Below are positions 37,401 through 52,400 of a DNA stretch of 64,000 bases, in pieces. Origin of the DNA: Antedon mediterranea (Eukaryota > Animalia > Echinodermata). Numbering within the stretch: position 1 is the stretch's first letter; every line of letters begins with the position of its first letter. The notes below the pieces were generated by a model. The model searched no databases and was not told the origin of the DNA. It saw nothing but the letters and a program-made list of their open reading frames with translations. The stretch covers positions 16,540,795-16,604,794 of the forward strand of contig NC_092670.1 in NCBI RefSeq assembly GCF_964355755.1, in the 5' to 3' direction. The translations under genes were made by a program, and so were the position numbers.

Positions 37401-40400
37401 TTTTATAAACATATCTTAGTTTTTCTTACTTTTAAGATTTTATTCAGATAATTTCTTATTTTATTTGGAATTTCAATGCGATTAAGTCATTGTTATCCAG
37501 TCTTGTAGGAATACATATTGAAAATCTGTAATAACATGTCATATTGGCACTGGTTCAAGTAAGCCGTCTAGGTAATTCCTCTGCACTGTTTTTAATACTA
37601 AGCGGAAATTATGTGCGTTGGCATGATCAAGTGTACAATGTCTGACAACAACTTCTGCAAACTTTTAAATTGATTTGTATTACTTGACACTAGCACAATG
37701 GCCAGGACAATGATAAAGATAAATTGATTAAACTTTTTAGGAACGATGCCTCTTATGAAACCAATTTCCTGTCTAATTTCTAGAACACCTTGATCGGTGG
37801 TGGAAGAGGCGTGGCATAAACAAAAGAGGGCACTAATCGCACATGGAGAAGAAAACTAAACAAAGAAACAACTTGGGGATTGAATTGCTCACGGCGGTTT
37901 ATGTAACTGACTGACAAACAATTGGTGGCAGCAAACAAATATAAACCAAACTAGAATAATTTAAGAACTGTAGAATAGGATCATCAACTTACATTGCTGT
38001 GGAGGTAGCAAATGGATCTAATTTACGAGATGCACCAGCAGGAACTGCCATCCCAGGTCGTGATGAAAAGGCAGCAGAGAATGACCCACCAACTGGGGAG
38101 GCTGGAGGTGGAATTTCCAACAGCAACGCCAAACGCTCCATCTTCATCTGCCGTACTTTCTGACGACCTGGAAGAAGGATGCTCTTTTAATAATGCTGTT
38201 TAGATCTCTAAAATGCTGGTCACCAGTTTTCTCCCACTCAAGTCCAACAAATTAAGCAAAGTACTAAATTATTGATATACTATAAGATGTAATTAATCTT
38301 CTAAATACAAAAAAGTCAAATAAAATGGTATTTTGACAAAATATAGCCTTTGATTGCTCTATGTTTTTAATGGTGAGGCCTAACCTACCACTACTACACA
38401 AGTGTTTATTTTATGTGTTATTTTCTTATACCAGTTGGAGCCAATTTATTCCAGCAAATCTTGCTGGTGAAACCTGCTTTAGGAGAACACTGGGTCACTG
38501 AACATCATTTTCAGCATGCATAGAAACACCAATGATGACAAACTTTACTACATTCTAATCCTTTTTATGTCATTATACCATTTTTTCCAAAAATGATGGT
38601 AAAAGTTTGATTAACTGTACCTTTTAAAAGTCTTTGCTTAGCTGCCATACACCTTATATGGTCATCAAAAATAAACCGTGCAGCCAATAACGGGAAAGGT
38701 TTGGCGTGGCTACTTATCAATCGTTTGTGAATCGTAACATGCAGTGATCGACTATCATCCTTGTCGCCTTGAACTTCGACATCCTAAAATAATTTAATTA
38801 TACTTTAATTTATAATTTGATTATAATGTTGGGTATTATGATGACAGATGACAATTATTGAACAGTCATGAAAAGGTAATAATAAAGATAACGTAACACT
38901 TTACCGTCTACTTCCAATGCGAAGCTCCCAAATATAAATGATCCAATACAAATTTGGGGTATATCCCAAAATCTCAACACTATTCAAGTTCAACTTTAAC
39001 ATCATCAATAAGTACTAACCTGAAGTGGTCCCACAAACTTGACCACACCCCATCCAAGTCTTTTAACATCAGGTTCAACTAAAATCACTTGGTAACTATC
39101 CATAACAAGGAAACGCCGCTGCCTCTGACTAAAATCAAAATAAAACAAAAAATTACAGGTATGTCTTTGAATACAAATAAAGGTGTGTAAATGTTCTTTT
39201 GGAATTATCATTACTGATGTTTTGATAGTTGGTTGATCCTCTGCAACCTCTAGGATAAATATTCTTAGGAATCTTTAATAGGATTGTGGTGCTTAGTCAT
39301 TTTTATGTACAATAGCAACTTTAAGATGATATGTCTGTGGTAGCATGAAGATGTCTGTGGTAGCATGAAGATGTCCTCGGTAGCATGAAGATGTCTGTGG
39401 TAGCATGAAGATGTCTGTTGTAGGGGTGATGTTATCTGCTGTAGGGGTGATGTGGTCTGTTGTAGGGATGATGATGTCTGTTGTAGGGATGATGATGTCT
39501 GTTGTAGGGATGATGATGTCTGTGGTAGCATGAAGATGTCTGTGGTAGGGGTGATGATGTCTGTTGTAGGGGTGATGATGTCTGTTGTAGGGGTGATGAT
39601 GTCTGTTGTAGGGGTGATGTTGTCTGTTGTAGGGGTGATGTTGTCTGTTGTAGGGGTGATGTTGTCTGTGGTAGCATGAAGTTGTCTGTGGTAGGGTGAT
39701 GTTGTCTGTTGTAGGGGTGATGTTGTCTGTTGCAGGGGTGATGATGTATGTTGTAGGGGTGATGATGTATGTTGTAGGGGTGCGTGTGGCGCAGGGTGTT
39801 GGACGTTGGACTACTGATCGTGAGACCGAGGTTCGAATCCAACTCTCGCCGCATTGCTTGTATCCTTAGGCAAGATACTTTACTTACGTTTGCCTCTCTC
39901 CACCCAGGTGGTGTATAAATGGGTACCCGGTTAGATCAAGACACAACTTTGCGCTGATTACTAGCTGCAATATGGGAGTATGTTTCCATACGTGTTTGAT
40001 CCAAAAAATGACTGGGGTAATAATGTTCAGCGCTTAGAGAAGCTTGCTTGTAGAGCGCTATATAAGAATGAACTATTATTATTAGTATTATGATGTATCT
40101 TGTAGGGGTGATGACGGTAGAGATGGTATATGTCGTAATAGTAATAATGATGAAAGGTAAATATGGTAGCCATGGTGGTGATATTTCTTTATGTGCTGGT
40201 AACAATAAACTATATTATGGTGGTTATAATGATGATGGTTGGTGACAGTGTTGTACTGGAATGTTTATTGCACGCCCTGTAGCATTATAACTTACCCTTT
40301 GTCTTTAGGTAATACAGAGCAAGCTATTAGATCACTATTATCTGCAAATGAAAAAAATAAATGTTTCAGGGAATCGGTGCATAAGACATAAGGGAAGTCA

Positions 40401-43400
40401 ACTTAGGTCATATCAAGTAATGCCATCCCCTCACCCCGACAATCCCCTCTATTTCTGTACACTGTACGTGTCTACTGGTGGAGTCACTGCAGTAACTATA
40501 ATTGGTTTAATCTTTAAACTCATTTATGCCTTTTTGGTGGGGAGAGGAAGGGGGTGGTGGTGGATAATCATACACACTGTTTATTGCGGACTTGCAAAAC
40601 TATATTCAAACACAATAAAATCATATCAAACGCAATGGTAGAATACATGTTCCAATAACTAAAACAAACAGATTGAGATATGCCTTTGTTGCAAATGCTA
40701 TTCATATAATTAATTCACGTCACCATCGATAAAATGTTATGTAATACAAGACTATGTAAACAATGAAACTTTTAAAACGTAAATTTTTTCAATTTATAAA
40801 TGTTTTTATATTTTTAATATTTGTAAACGTTTTTAACATTTTTAGCCTATTTGAAATTTTAGCAATTTATAAATTGTAAAGGTTTTAGGAACATTCTAAT
40901 GGTTTGAATCCTTTTAAAGCTGTTTTAAACTATTTTAATCTCCTGAATCCTATTCAATTTTAATACCCAGTCATTTTTACACCGTGTTTCATAACTTATA
41001 TTTTTTGTGCAATTATGTGTGTGTACATAATATATTATATTGTATATCTATTCATTATTTTACTAATAATTGTCAATCTTCAAGAAGAATTTCTGTTGTT
41101 ATTTTATGATGATGATGGACAAATAAAGCATTTCAGTATTCAGTAGTTATTGCATTAAAAAAAAATGTTACTGCAGTAACTGCAGTAGAATAATTTTGAC
41201 ATGATCCCTTATTGTAAATCTTTACAACACTGTCTCTTTAAACATTCATGCATTTTCATTCCTAATACAGTACAGCATTAGATTGAATAATAAAACATGT
41301 TTTCTTTTATTGCATAATTAAAATTTATAAATTCGAAGAATTGTAAACTATTAATAATTTATGGTTTACAGCCTCATGACAAAAAATGATAATTATAATA
41401 TATTTATAATAGATTGTAATTTCTTGGAAAATTATAGTTTGTAAATGTAAATGATAAATATAGCTAGTTTCTATTGGGATTGAAACAATCAGTTTTATTG
41501 CTTTTACAAATGAAAATTGATTATTAAATATTTAACATTTTCTACGAAATTATTCAATTATTTAAATTTCAAGAAGATATCATATTTTTAGCAATAATAT
41601 TCAGAAATCATTTTTTTACAAAAATGTCAGATTTCAATGAAAAGGAATATAATAGTGTATAGTACAATAACATTTTTTCAAATTAAATCATAGTATTACT
41701 AGTTTCATAATACTGAAGTTAAAGAATCAAAATACAGTAGAAATTAAAGGGACACCTTCTGTCACTTGAATAGGGTTGGCCATGTTACATATTTTCACAT
41801 GTCAAAGTGTCTCTTAATAGGGTTGGCCATGTTACATATTTTCACATGTCAAAGTGTCTCTTAATAGGGGTGGTCAACTGAGTAGGGGTTGATCATGGTG
41901 TTAAAACCTATATTGTTCCTTGTTCAAAAAATGTCCCCTCACTAGTACTGTAGTATCTATGATGAAATATAACATTGAATTTTAACATTGAATTCTATTT
42001 AAGCACAAGTTATGCATATTGTGCTTGCCTTCCAATCCCAAGGTCCGGGGTTCAATTCTGACCTAGTACCAAGGTTGTAATTGTACTCCTTAACCCTCAA
42101 AATGAGACTTAGTTTATAAGCAATTATTAAATAGTTTATCCATTCTGTAATTTGTGAGTTGCGCACTGTTGGATGCATATAAAACAAATAAAATAAATTG
42201 CCTTTGTGTAATCAGTAAATGACATAGTTAGATTTAAGGGCCGACGCCCCTATCTCAAACATACAACAATTATGTTTCCTTTGTCATGTTTATCTACTGT
42301 GTTATCTCTGAATTCAATTAATGGTATAATAAATAGTTACAATCCTCTGTGTAAACAAGTCATCCATTAATGGTTGAACAATCAAATTACAATAATTAAA
42401 ATGATAAGTATTACTAATTTTGAGATTGTGAGATCAAATTCTACAAGAGAACAACTATTTCATCAAAATAATTAGTTTTTCTTAGAAATTGATATAAATT
42501 CTAAGAGAATTCTTTTAGAACTTGCAGAAAAAAGAATACTGTCCAGCCACTGACAAACATTTGTTTTGTTTAATGTTAAATCTTGTTAATTTTCACTGAC
42601 CATATTACATATTTTCACTGACCATATACATGTAACAATTTTCACTGACCATATAACAATATTCACTGACCATATACATATTTTCACTGACCATAACAAT
42701 TTTCACTGACCATATTACATATTTTCACTGACCATAACAATTTTCACTGACCATATAATATTTATCATGTTTAGATTAAACCTGTAAATGTCACTGTTGG
42801 TTTGAAATGGAAAAAATAAAGTTTAAAATAATATAATTCAATTTTAACCCTTTTTTTATTTTACCCTTTTTATTATTTGAATAAGGACACAACTGTTTTA
42901 ACTTTCAATTTAATACATTTTCAGGAAATCCTATTTGCCGACAGTTCCAATTATATTTCTCCTTTAATCAAGCTCTATTAAATTAAATATATCATTTTGA
43001 CACTCAATGACAATGAGATATTTTTAGCTACTGCAATCAAGGTTATTTTTCAGAGAATTTATTAGATTTTTATCTACCACAATAGTGTCTCAACTCAATT
43101 CCACGAAATCCAGATTTGGACAATGAATATTTTATGAACAATAGCTGATTCTATCCTGTTTTGATTCGTAAAGGAAACCATTTCACACAAGGTCCTCCAG
43201 AAGTCTTTCCTGACCGCCGCAGGCCAGCTAAAATACACCAATATGTAAACAGAAAGAAAGAACATTAACCCTTTCACTGCAGAGCATTATTCACACCTCT
43301 GTGCGTAATATATATTTAAGAAAAACATGATATTTTAATAAATTGCAAAAAAATACTAATTGAGATAATTGTGTAATTATTTTTGTGGGGTGTGATGGGC

Positions 43401-46400
43401 AAAGGGTTAGTCTACAGTTAGGTATAAAAAAAAAGTAATTTGCATATTGATGACGTCATGTGACGTCATTACAGGTATTTTGGATTTTGTGTGTTTTATC
43501 GAATCAACAAAAAAATTATATTTTCTGTAAGAAATTCTTATGGAATACGTTTTTCCAACTGGATATTGATAAAGATACGTATACCAAATAAAAATATTTA
43601 AAAAAATTGAATTATTTTTATTGTTTTATAAAAATTATGCACAAATCAAAGTTTTGGGGCAAAATTATGCTTCTCAAAACAACTTTTCAAGGTAGAAATA
43701 CTATTATGCTATACTATATATAATTAATTAACTATAGAGGGCGCATTATTTTCAAGACAATAATACAACTATAGAGGGCCATTTTTTTTGCTGGAAAAAA
43801 ATTTTAATGACTTGCATAAATATTCAAGTTCGTCGAAAAAATATAGAGGGTGCTATATATTATAGGCAAATACGATTAAATGATTGTTTTGCCCATACCC
43901 GGTATTACCGTGTATACATATTTCAACGACGTCTGTTTATACCCGGTAGTACCGGGTATACGCAGTGAAGGGGTTAAAAAGACTGATACAGTTCACATGG
44001 CAATTTAGTATTTAGCTCTTTATTAATGTAATTTTTGTAATGTAAAAAGCTGGGTTCATATTTATGTGCAATTTAATTATACAGGTTTGTGTTTATGTGA
44101 ACAGGGTATTGTGAACATGTAATTCTTTTTAAACCATTTAGATTTTGAATTAGTGTTGAAATATTAAAATATACTGGCCGACCTCTTCAGTCAAAGACTG
44201 GTCTCCCAGAGGACCCAGTTATGAGTGGCTGTGATGTACTAGTACACTGGGGTAACTCCCTACTCGTCTCGAAAGATCTACTAGGTTCTTTAACGTGCAC
44301 ATGAGCTGGATGTGTAACATTGGAACTACGGTTTATATAGTAGTTCTTATCCGAGAAGATAAAGTATAGTTACAGTTAAAATAAAGTATAATACAGTTAA
44401 AATAAAGTATAGTTACAGTTTTACAACAAAAAAATTCTTACAAAAAACACCGCTCGACATTTCAAAATTAATCATTGTTCTTTTGATTAATTTATGATTA
44501 ATTATAAAAAGACGTCCTTTAATCGCAAAGATACATAAAAATCAGAGATAGTTCTTTAATTATGAATCACATGCCCATTTTTTCACTAGTTAATTGTATA
44601 CACAGCATTTGAAGGAAGACATGTGTACCTTTCCAACAATGTATTATTTGCCAACAAATATTAATCTACTAATTAAAAATGGCATTTAAAAATGGTAAAT
44701 TTTGAACTTTAATGTGCTGTAGCCTGTTTGTCTGTGACCTCAACCTGAACTGTAGGCATGCAACTGAATACCCTCTAGAGACTTACAAGTGAAAATTCTT
44801 CCACAATCTGTTGATTCGCGTCAACCAATCAAATGGCAAGAATCCAAAATCGTTTAACCGTGAGCCCTCATAAACTCTTTTCCCAGACGTTTTTTGGGTC
44901 CAGCAGCTGGGACCTATAAATTATAGTCGAGTTTCCATTTTAGCAAAACTGTCGGCCTTAGATACTAAAGCTACCGCTATGAAACAGCTTATTAATGAAT
45001 ATGTCCTCCTGGGACATACCTGGCTAGAGCAGCGGCGCGAAAAATAAATAAAATATATACAGCAATAAACATTACAATGCATCAAGCAAGAATTGTGAGC
45101 TCTTGATTGACTCCCTTTAAATATTTTGTTTGTAATTACCAAGAACATATTACTAGCTTAAAAGTTACACAATGAACAGGTAATGACACACAGCTAATGA
45201 AGCTGTCATTTAGAAATGATTAATAATTGACTCACTGCATGTTTCAATGAAACTATATAATTGAAAATAATAACAGCTCATAATAAATGGACATTTGTCA
45301 TGTCATTCCATTATTAAATTAACATTGACAATGATTTATAATATATCTAGAATATAAAATTAGAAAAGAGAAATTCAATGTAATTTAATCGTTTTTCAGA
45401 ATTTAAAGGATGTTGATTTAAAACTACCCTTGATATATTCCCCTTTCCACCCTTGATATATTCCCCCTCCCTACCCTTGATATATTTCCCCTCCCCACCC
45501 TTGATATATTGCCCCTCCCTACCCGTGATATATTTCCCCTCCCCACCCTTGATATATTCCCCTTTCCACTCTTGATAAATTCCCCTTTCCACCCTTGATA
45601 TATGTCCCTTCCCCACCCTTGATATATTCCCTTTCCACCCTTCATATATGTCCCTTCCCCACCCTTGATATATTCCCCTTTCACCCTTGATATATTCTCC
45701 TTTCCAAATTCCACCCTTCATATATGTCCCTTCCCCACCCTTGATATATTCCCCTTTCCACCCTTGATATATGTCCCTTCCCCCACCCTTGATATATTCC
45801 CCTTTCCACCCTTGATATATTCTTCTCTCCACCCTTCATATATGTCCCTTCCCCACCCTTCATATATTCCCTTTCCACCCTTCATATACTCTCCTCCCAC
45901 CCTTGATATTTCCCCCTCCCCATCCCTGATTTTATACCTCCATCCATAAAATAGCCCACAATTGATACAAGCCCTTACCCATGATAGTAACTTAACATTA
46001 GTACTGATAAGCTCACCCACACCTCACCCCTCGCAAAATATAGAGAAATGATCATCATGCCTCATGCTGACCCGTAACTTCACTTCTTAAAACCAAGAGA
46101 ATCAACTTTATAACCAAAGTAACTTGAGATAATTCTCTACTCATAACGACTTCTCCAAGATTATTTGAGAAGTTTTTTGTGTTATGGAAAGATTGGATGA
46201 CAAGCGTGTACTTGGATTTGAGCACGTTTGCGGATTAACCGTAACTCTACTTAAGATTTACTCAACATCTTCCTGGAAGTGCCTAATCAATATTGCAACC
46301 TAAATCTGACAATGACCAACTAATGAGCATTCAATATGCCTATAAATATCAGCGGAAACAGTTTAAAATACATAAAACACATTACAAAACATGATGAATC

Positions 46401-49400
46401 AAGTTTTTTGTTATTCTATGAAACATTTATTATTAAGGGAACACTTTCCTATGAAACAGACGATGGCCTATATTTTATTTTTTTTATACAGTATTTCATA
46501 TGCATACAACAGCGAGCACAAACTCGCCAATTACAGGATGGATAAACTATATTTTATAATATTATATTTATCGTGCTTATAAACTAAGGCTTAGGGAGTG
46601 GAGTCGTGAGTTACAACCCTGGCACTAGGTCAGGATTGAATATCGGCACAAGGTCAGAAGTGAACCCCAGACCCCACCAAGCTACAACTCCACTACGTTT
46701 TAACACTATCCAACTCCTATAGGAGACACTCCTTCGGAAACTTTGTTCGGTTCCAAAAGCATCTCTTTTTATAGGGATTTTATAGTGTATTTGAAACATT
46801 AATAAGTCATGTAGTGCATGGTTACCATTCCAAAACATAAAGTTTAAAAATTGTTTGATGCAACATGGACTGGAAAAGACACTTGGAAAAACTCCATTGT
46901 AAAGTACTATATTAGAGGTTAAAGAATTTCTATAATCTAAATCATGAATATATTCATAAGTAAAGATAAACAGTAATATTGATTACTTCTTCAACATACA
47001 CAATTTTAAAGTCACCGGTTTACAGGGTATTATCAATAGCTTTAGTGATTTATTCTCAGAATTTCTTTTGATACTTTCGTTTTTTTATTAAAAGAATCAA
47101 TTATTGATGGTAAAACAAATGCATATTACAAGAATTGAAACCACAATGTTGATTAAAGACTTATACAGTCAATGATTTTTGTATGATTAAGAACTAATCA
47201 ATATTTATATTATCTTATGAATAATTCATAAGGTATTGATTTGGTAATTCCAAGCAGAGTTTTAATTTAGTATTTTAATTGTAATGTAATCTTAAAACGC
47301 ATTCAATTTTAATTGCATCCGGTTCTGATCAATATCATTATCATCTGGAAATATACAGTACAGTAACTGATGAAACACATGGCAATATTATTCTGTAAAG
47401 CTCTGTCTACACTATGAAACTAGCTTGAAAAAAAAAGTGTGATGTGCCCAAATATGGTAGTGATAGGATGTCATCGTTTTTCCAATATCACATGTTTTTG
47501 TGACATATAAAGTTTGATAATGTACTGTAGACATGACAATATTATTCATAATCTGTAAAACTATGTCTACACTATGAAACTTATTAGCTTGACAAAAAAA
47601 GTGTGATGTGCCCAAATATGGTAGTGATAGGATGTCATCGCTTCCATATATCACATGTTTTTGTCACATAAATTTTGATAATGTAGAGATGGCAATATTA
47701 TTCAAATTCTGTAAAGCTCTGTCTACACTATCAAACTAGCTTGACAAAAAAAGTGTCCAAATATGGTAGTGATATGTTATTGTGTCCATATCTGGGCACA
47801 TTACATTTGTGACTGGTGGTAATGGTTTTGTCACCATTACTAGTAAGGCATGATTTTAAACAGCGGACAAGGTTTGACAATGACCATACTCTGCTGCTTA
47901 TATTTTGTTACTAATACAATACACTAGGAAACATGTGGTAATGTTTTGAATTATATTAGTAATAATAAACATTTTCACCTAGAACAATGACCTATTCATC
48001 TTTCTATTTCTACTACTATTCCAACCGATCATTGAATGTTTTAATTATTATATATTTTTTATGTAATTATTTGAAATATATAATCATTTTTTGAAAATAT
48101 CAATTTGTTATTCATTTATATAATGCCATATTTATATAGCGCCATTTTCATGAAAGAACATGTTCAAAGGCGCTTTACATAATAATACAATCAGGGAATA
48201 TAAAACATAGTAGATCAATTTCTCATACAATATCATAATAGTTTATTGTAAAATAGGAAAGAGACCCAGCTAATTTTGAAATATAGTTTAAAATCTCCCT
48301 ATGATCATTCCAGTTATTTTGATACGCATATGTATGGATTCATGCGGACAAACATACAACGCCTCCCATGGTTCTCCCAATATAGAAATAAAGTACGGCA
48401 AATTAAGCGGAGTACCAAATTATATAAAGATGTAACTAGTAGTACTACAAAGAAATAAATTAATATTGTAATCTGTCTATCAACTGTCTGACGACATACA
48501 GCCTTTGATTGCCGTTGGTCTATGTTTTTTATGGCTAGGCTAACCTACTGTACCACTAGTAAATGTTATGTATAATTTCCTACACCATTTTTAATACCGG
48601 TTGGAGTAAATTTAAACTGGAAAATCCTGCTGGCAAAACCAGAGAACACTGACTCCCTTATTAAGATTACAAGCTTTTAGCCACAATCTTATACTTTATA
48701 AATTTCTGGATGCAAGTTTGAACAGAGTTAAAACAGTGAAAACTTAACAGCTCCTTAATATGAAAAAGCTAGCTGGTCTCGTTAATAAATTAAAATTATC
48801 TAATTGTTTGATCATCAATTAGTTTGATTACCGGTATTTGTTTACATGTATGTATATTTAACAGATCTTATCATTAATATTTATAATTGAATGACGAAAA
48901 ATAGTGCAGTGACCACTTGATGATTAATAGCTGTGGTGGCAATATACTGATAATGGTTTCAATGAAGGGCCTTGATGGAAATTTTGGATATTAAATTTCA
49001 AAATAAACCAAAACTAAAAATAGATTGATTGTGAGAAATACTGTCAATCAGGCCTTCTGGAAAACCTACATAACTTCCTTCACAAAACCTACTTACTTGT
49101 ACTGTATTGCAAAATATCGGCACATTGTATTCTCAGTGCCATTGTGAAACAGTATGAGGATACGGTTGACTACACTTAACAATATTCAATTCAGGGTTTA
49201 AAATGTAATTATGAAAAAGTTGGATTTTCCACTACCATATTTAAATATCACACCACTTTGAATAGACAGCCCACCCTCTTCCCTCAATGAAGAAAACGGA
49301 AAAGAAAGTAAAAAGACACCAGGCAGACCAAAAGAAAACTGGATGAACCAAATAAAAAAATATTTAAAATGAAAAAAATGTAGTCTTTAGCACAATTACA

Positions 49401-52400
49401 AACCATCCTGCCCAAAAAAGAAAAATATGAAAACAAATCGTGGAAAGCTTAATGTCGGAATGATGGAAAATGTTTCAAGAGAGGATGGAACATCGTTTGA
49501 AGTAAATGCCCTCTCGAATAAATCTATATTCTTGCTTGGATAAATGCCACATTCACACTGTACACACAATAAAATACATTTCTATTGGTAGTAGAAATTA
49601 CTGACTGCAGACGATATACAATTGCAATAATCTTGATATTGTGTTATTTTTCATATTGAGGGGAGATTTATTGAGTATATGTTCCCATTTTAACACCCAA
49701 AAATAAACTTGCCCTAGATTTAACACCTCTCTTGAATAAATGTTCTACTAAAAACCATCCTGAACAACAATTTAAACTTTTTATAAATTCTAATCTATTG
49801 TTAATTTGTGGTAATGTACGAATTTCTTACAATAGCACCAGTCAGTCTATCGTTACTTAATTTCATCACAATTGCAAGTTTTATAATTAGTTTCATTGTA
49901 GTAAACACAATTGATCTAAATTCTCAGTACAATTAATACAGAGAAATTGTTTCTTTCTTTTCCTTATTTGTGTACTTCGTGGGATCAGAATGGTAATAAA
50001 AGAAAGTTCTAAGAATAAAACATATAATCGTTTTATTTTGAGCTAAAAATAATGTTTTGGAATGAAGGATGTTATTAAGCCCTAGAATAAAAAAGATATT
50101 TATCCTGTTCACTCCAAAAATGACAATGGTTTTTATGTGTTTATGCCGCAAATTGCAACAAGTGAACAAGCAGCCATTGTCTACAGGGTCATAAGAACAC
50201 CAAGCAGATAATTACTCCAGTAAATGTAATCAACCACAACAGTAAATACAACAATGCCCTCATTATTTACTGCAGTAATAAAATATAAAGTCATTCTAGG
50301 CACATCCGTTTAAAATTAACTATAAAAAATAAATAGAAATGTTTAAAAAAATGTATTGCTAACAGTAACAATAAACTTACTCAGATCCAGCTTATCTCCT
50401 ATCAATATTAATTCCTGTTTTTTAGTCAAAGGTAACTGCGTCTCTTGTAGTTTTCTTAATTTTAAGGAATGGTTCCTGAGTAGAAAAAACACACGTATAG
50501 CCTGCAAAAAAAGTGTGTACGTGCGAGATATTAAAAAATGTGCCGATTACTGTATATTCTTGCATAAGCTAAAGGATTATTTAAAATTTGATAATGCAAT
50601 AGTTTGGGACATCCTCTACTACTTATTATACAAGGGAGGCTAAAGCTCTGTTCACACTATCAAACTAGTTTGATATGGTAGTGATATGCTTAAATGTGGT
50701 AGTGATATGACATCATCATGTCCATATATGGGCACATCACATTTTTTAGTCACATTAATTTGTGCTAGTGTAGACAGAGCTTAAGCCATTCAAAAAGCCA
50801 GCCCTTGGATTCTGGCTGGGAGTAGAACAATATACAGTGGACACTACAAACAAGTCTAGTTTTCAAACATGCACTAACAGTCACACCTTGCAAGGCACAA
50901 AATGTTTACAAAAAGCTGAATGTGCAATAGAACCATTAAATAGAACCATTAAATATTATTTTTACCATTTAGCAGAACTAATACCAAATGACATGTGGTA
51001 TGAAATTAACCAATCAAATGGCAAAGATACACTCAATAAAGAATAACTAGACCCTAATACCTCCAAGCGAAACCTCATTTGGGTTAATTGGATTGTTTTG
51101 AATCTAAGCCTTGCAACATCAAATTTCCTCTCTATCAATTATGTGTATTTTGTATTTTGTATAGATTTCATATAAAATCTGAGAATGAATATTCTTCACT
51201 CACCCTTCTTGATCTTTCTAGCTCTCCAGAGGGCAGTCTTTTGATAAAATCAATACCTGTCATTGGTGTTGCAGTTGGTGGCAGTAACAATGATGAATCC
51301 ATCATTAAGTATTCCACATTCAACGGACGAGACTGAAATCAAAATAAACATGACATATACAAAGTGGCTTGTAGGCTATTAAATATTAGCATATGGGCTA
51401 GTAAAAGTCAGATAAAGTAGCAAAATTCATTCATCAGTGGAAAATTACTTCCATTTACTGTCATTTGCATATAAAATATACATAGAAATTATGTTTGCTC
51501 CGAGACAACAGATAAATGAAAAACAATTATAAAGTGTCACATCATTCTCGTACGGTATACTGACAAGCATTCAGTGCCCGAATAGCAGCTGGATAAAAGC
51601 TGTTACAAAACCTATTTGTACGAGAGATGATGGACCGGTAACAAATTATGGGCTAGTAAATTGGCTTGAAGGAGTAAATTCTACAGCTATGCTAAGACTA
51701 ACAATATGTTTATGTAGACATATCAGAAATTACATCAATATTGGGCATTGCAAAAAATGTGTGGGAAGAGTAGTCTCAGAGCTGGTGACCTAGAGATCAG
51801 CTCAGAGCAGAAGATAAATTGAAAGACCAGACAGACTACACAGCTCAAGCACCACTGCATGGACACACCTGCAGGTTAGAAAGGAATGGAGTTTCATCAT
51901 TGGTGTACATCAGATGATGGTTGAGTGATCGAGCGAGGTATTCCATTGGTATAAGAGACACAAACCAAGTATACAAATGAACTCACACCATTTTGTTATA
52001 CTACTCATTATGTTAATAAGTGTATACTTACTTTCATGCTCTGGTATTCATCCTCAAACATATCCAAAAACAATTCATCTCCTTTGTAAAAATTTCTCAA
52101 CATGAGATTACTTTCTTCCTTCGCACCCTGCAGATAAAACAAAACCTTATTTAGTTGTGTAGATGATCCCATAGGTAGCTTTTGATTTGCCAACTGTGAA
52201 ACAAATAAGGTTATGTTAAGTCATTGTGCACATGCACGGAACTTGGAACGAACTCCCTCACTCTACTTCTAGTTTTAATGGTTTCTATAGTAGGTCTAGA
52301 TGACACAACACAACAATACCTAGGTCTCGAAAGCTCCCAATTAAAAGTACCATATTTATTTGAATAAACACCCCACTTTGAATAACCGCCCCCAGCCTCT

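Noticed and set aside
39779-39852. tRNA gene
   Set aside because: A and B boxes are present, but the sequence continues into a SINE body and tail. The same reasoning applies to the tRNA-like heads at about 42000-42070 and 59556-59630.
39265-39854. Q/T/S- and H-rich ORFs
   Set aside because: Minisatellite translations.
43095-43277. Cryptic exon/ORF in the large CLEC16A intron
   Set aside because: The acceptor is plausible, but the reading frame stops early and there is no convincing donor or homology.
45347-46020. G/K/Y-rich repetitive ORFs
   Set aside because: Minisatellite translations with frame-shifting unit lengths.
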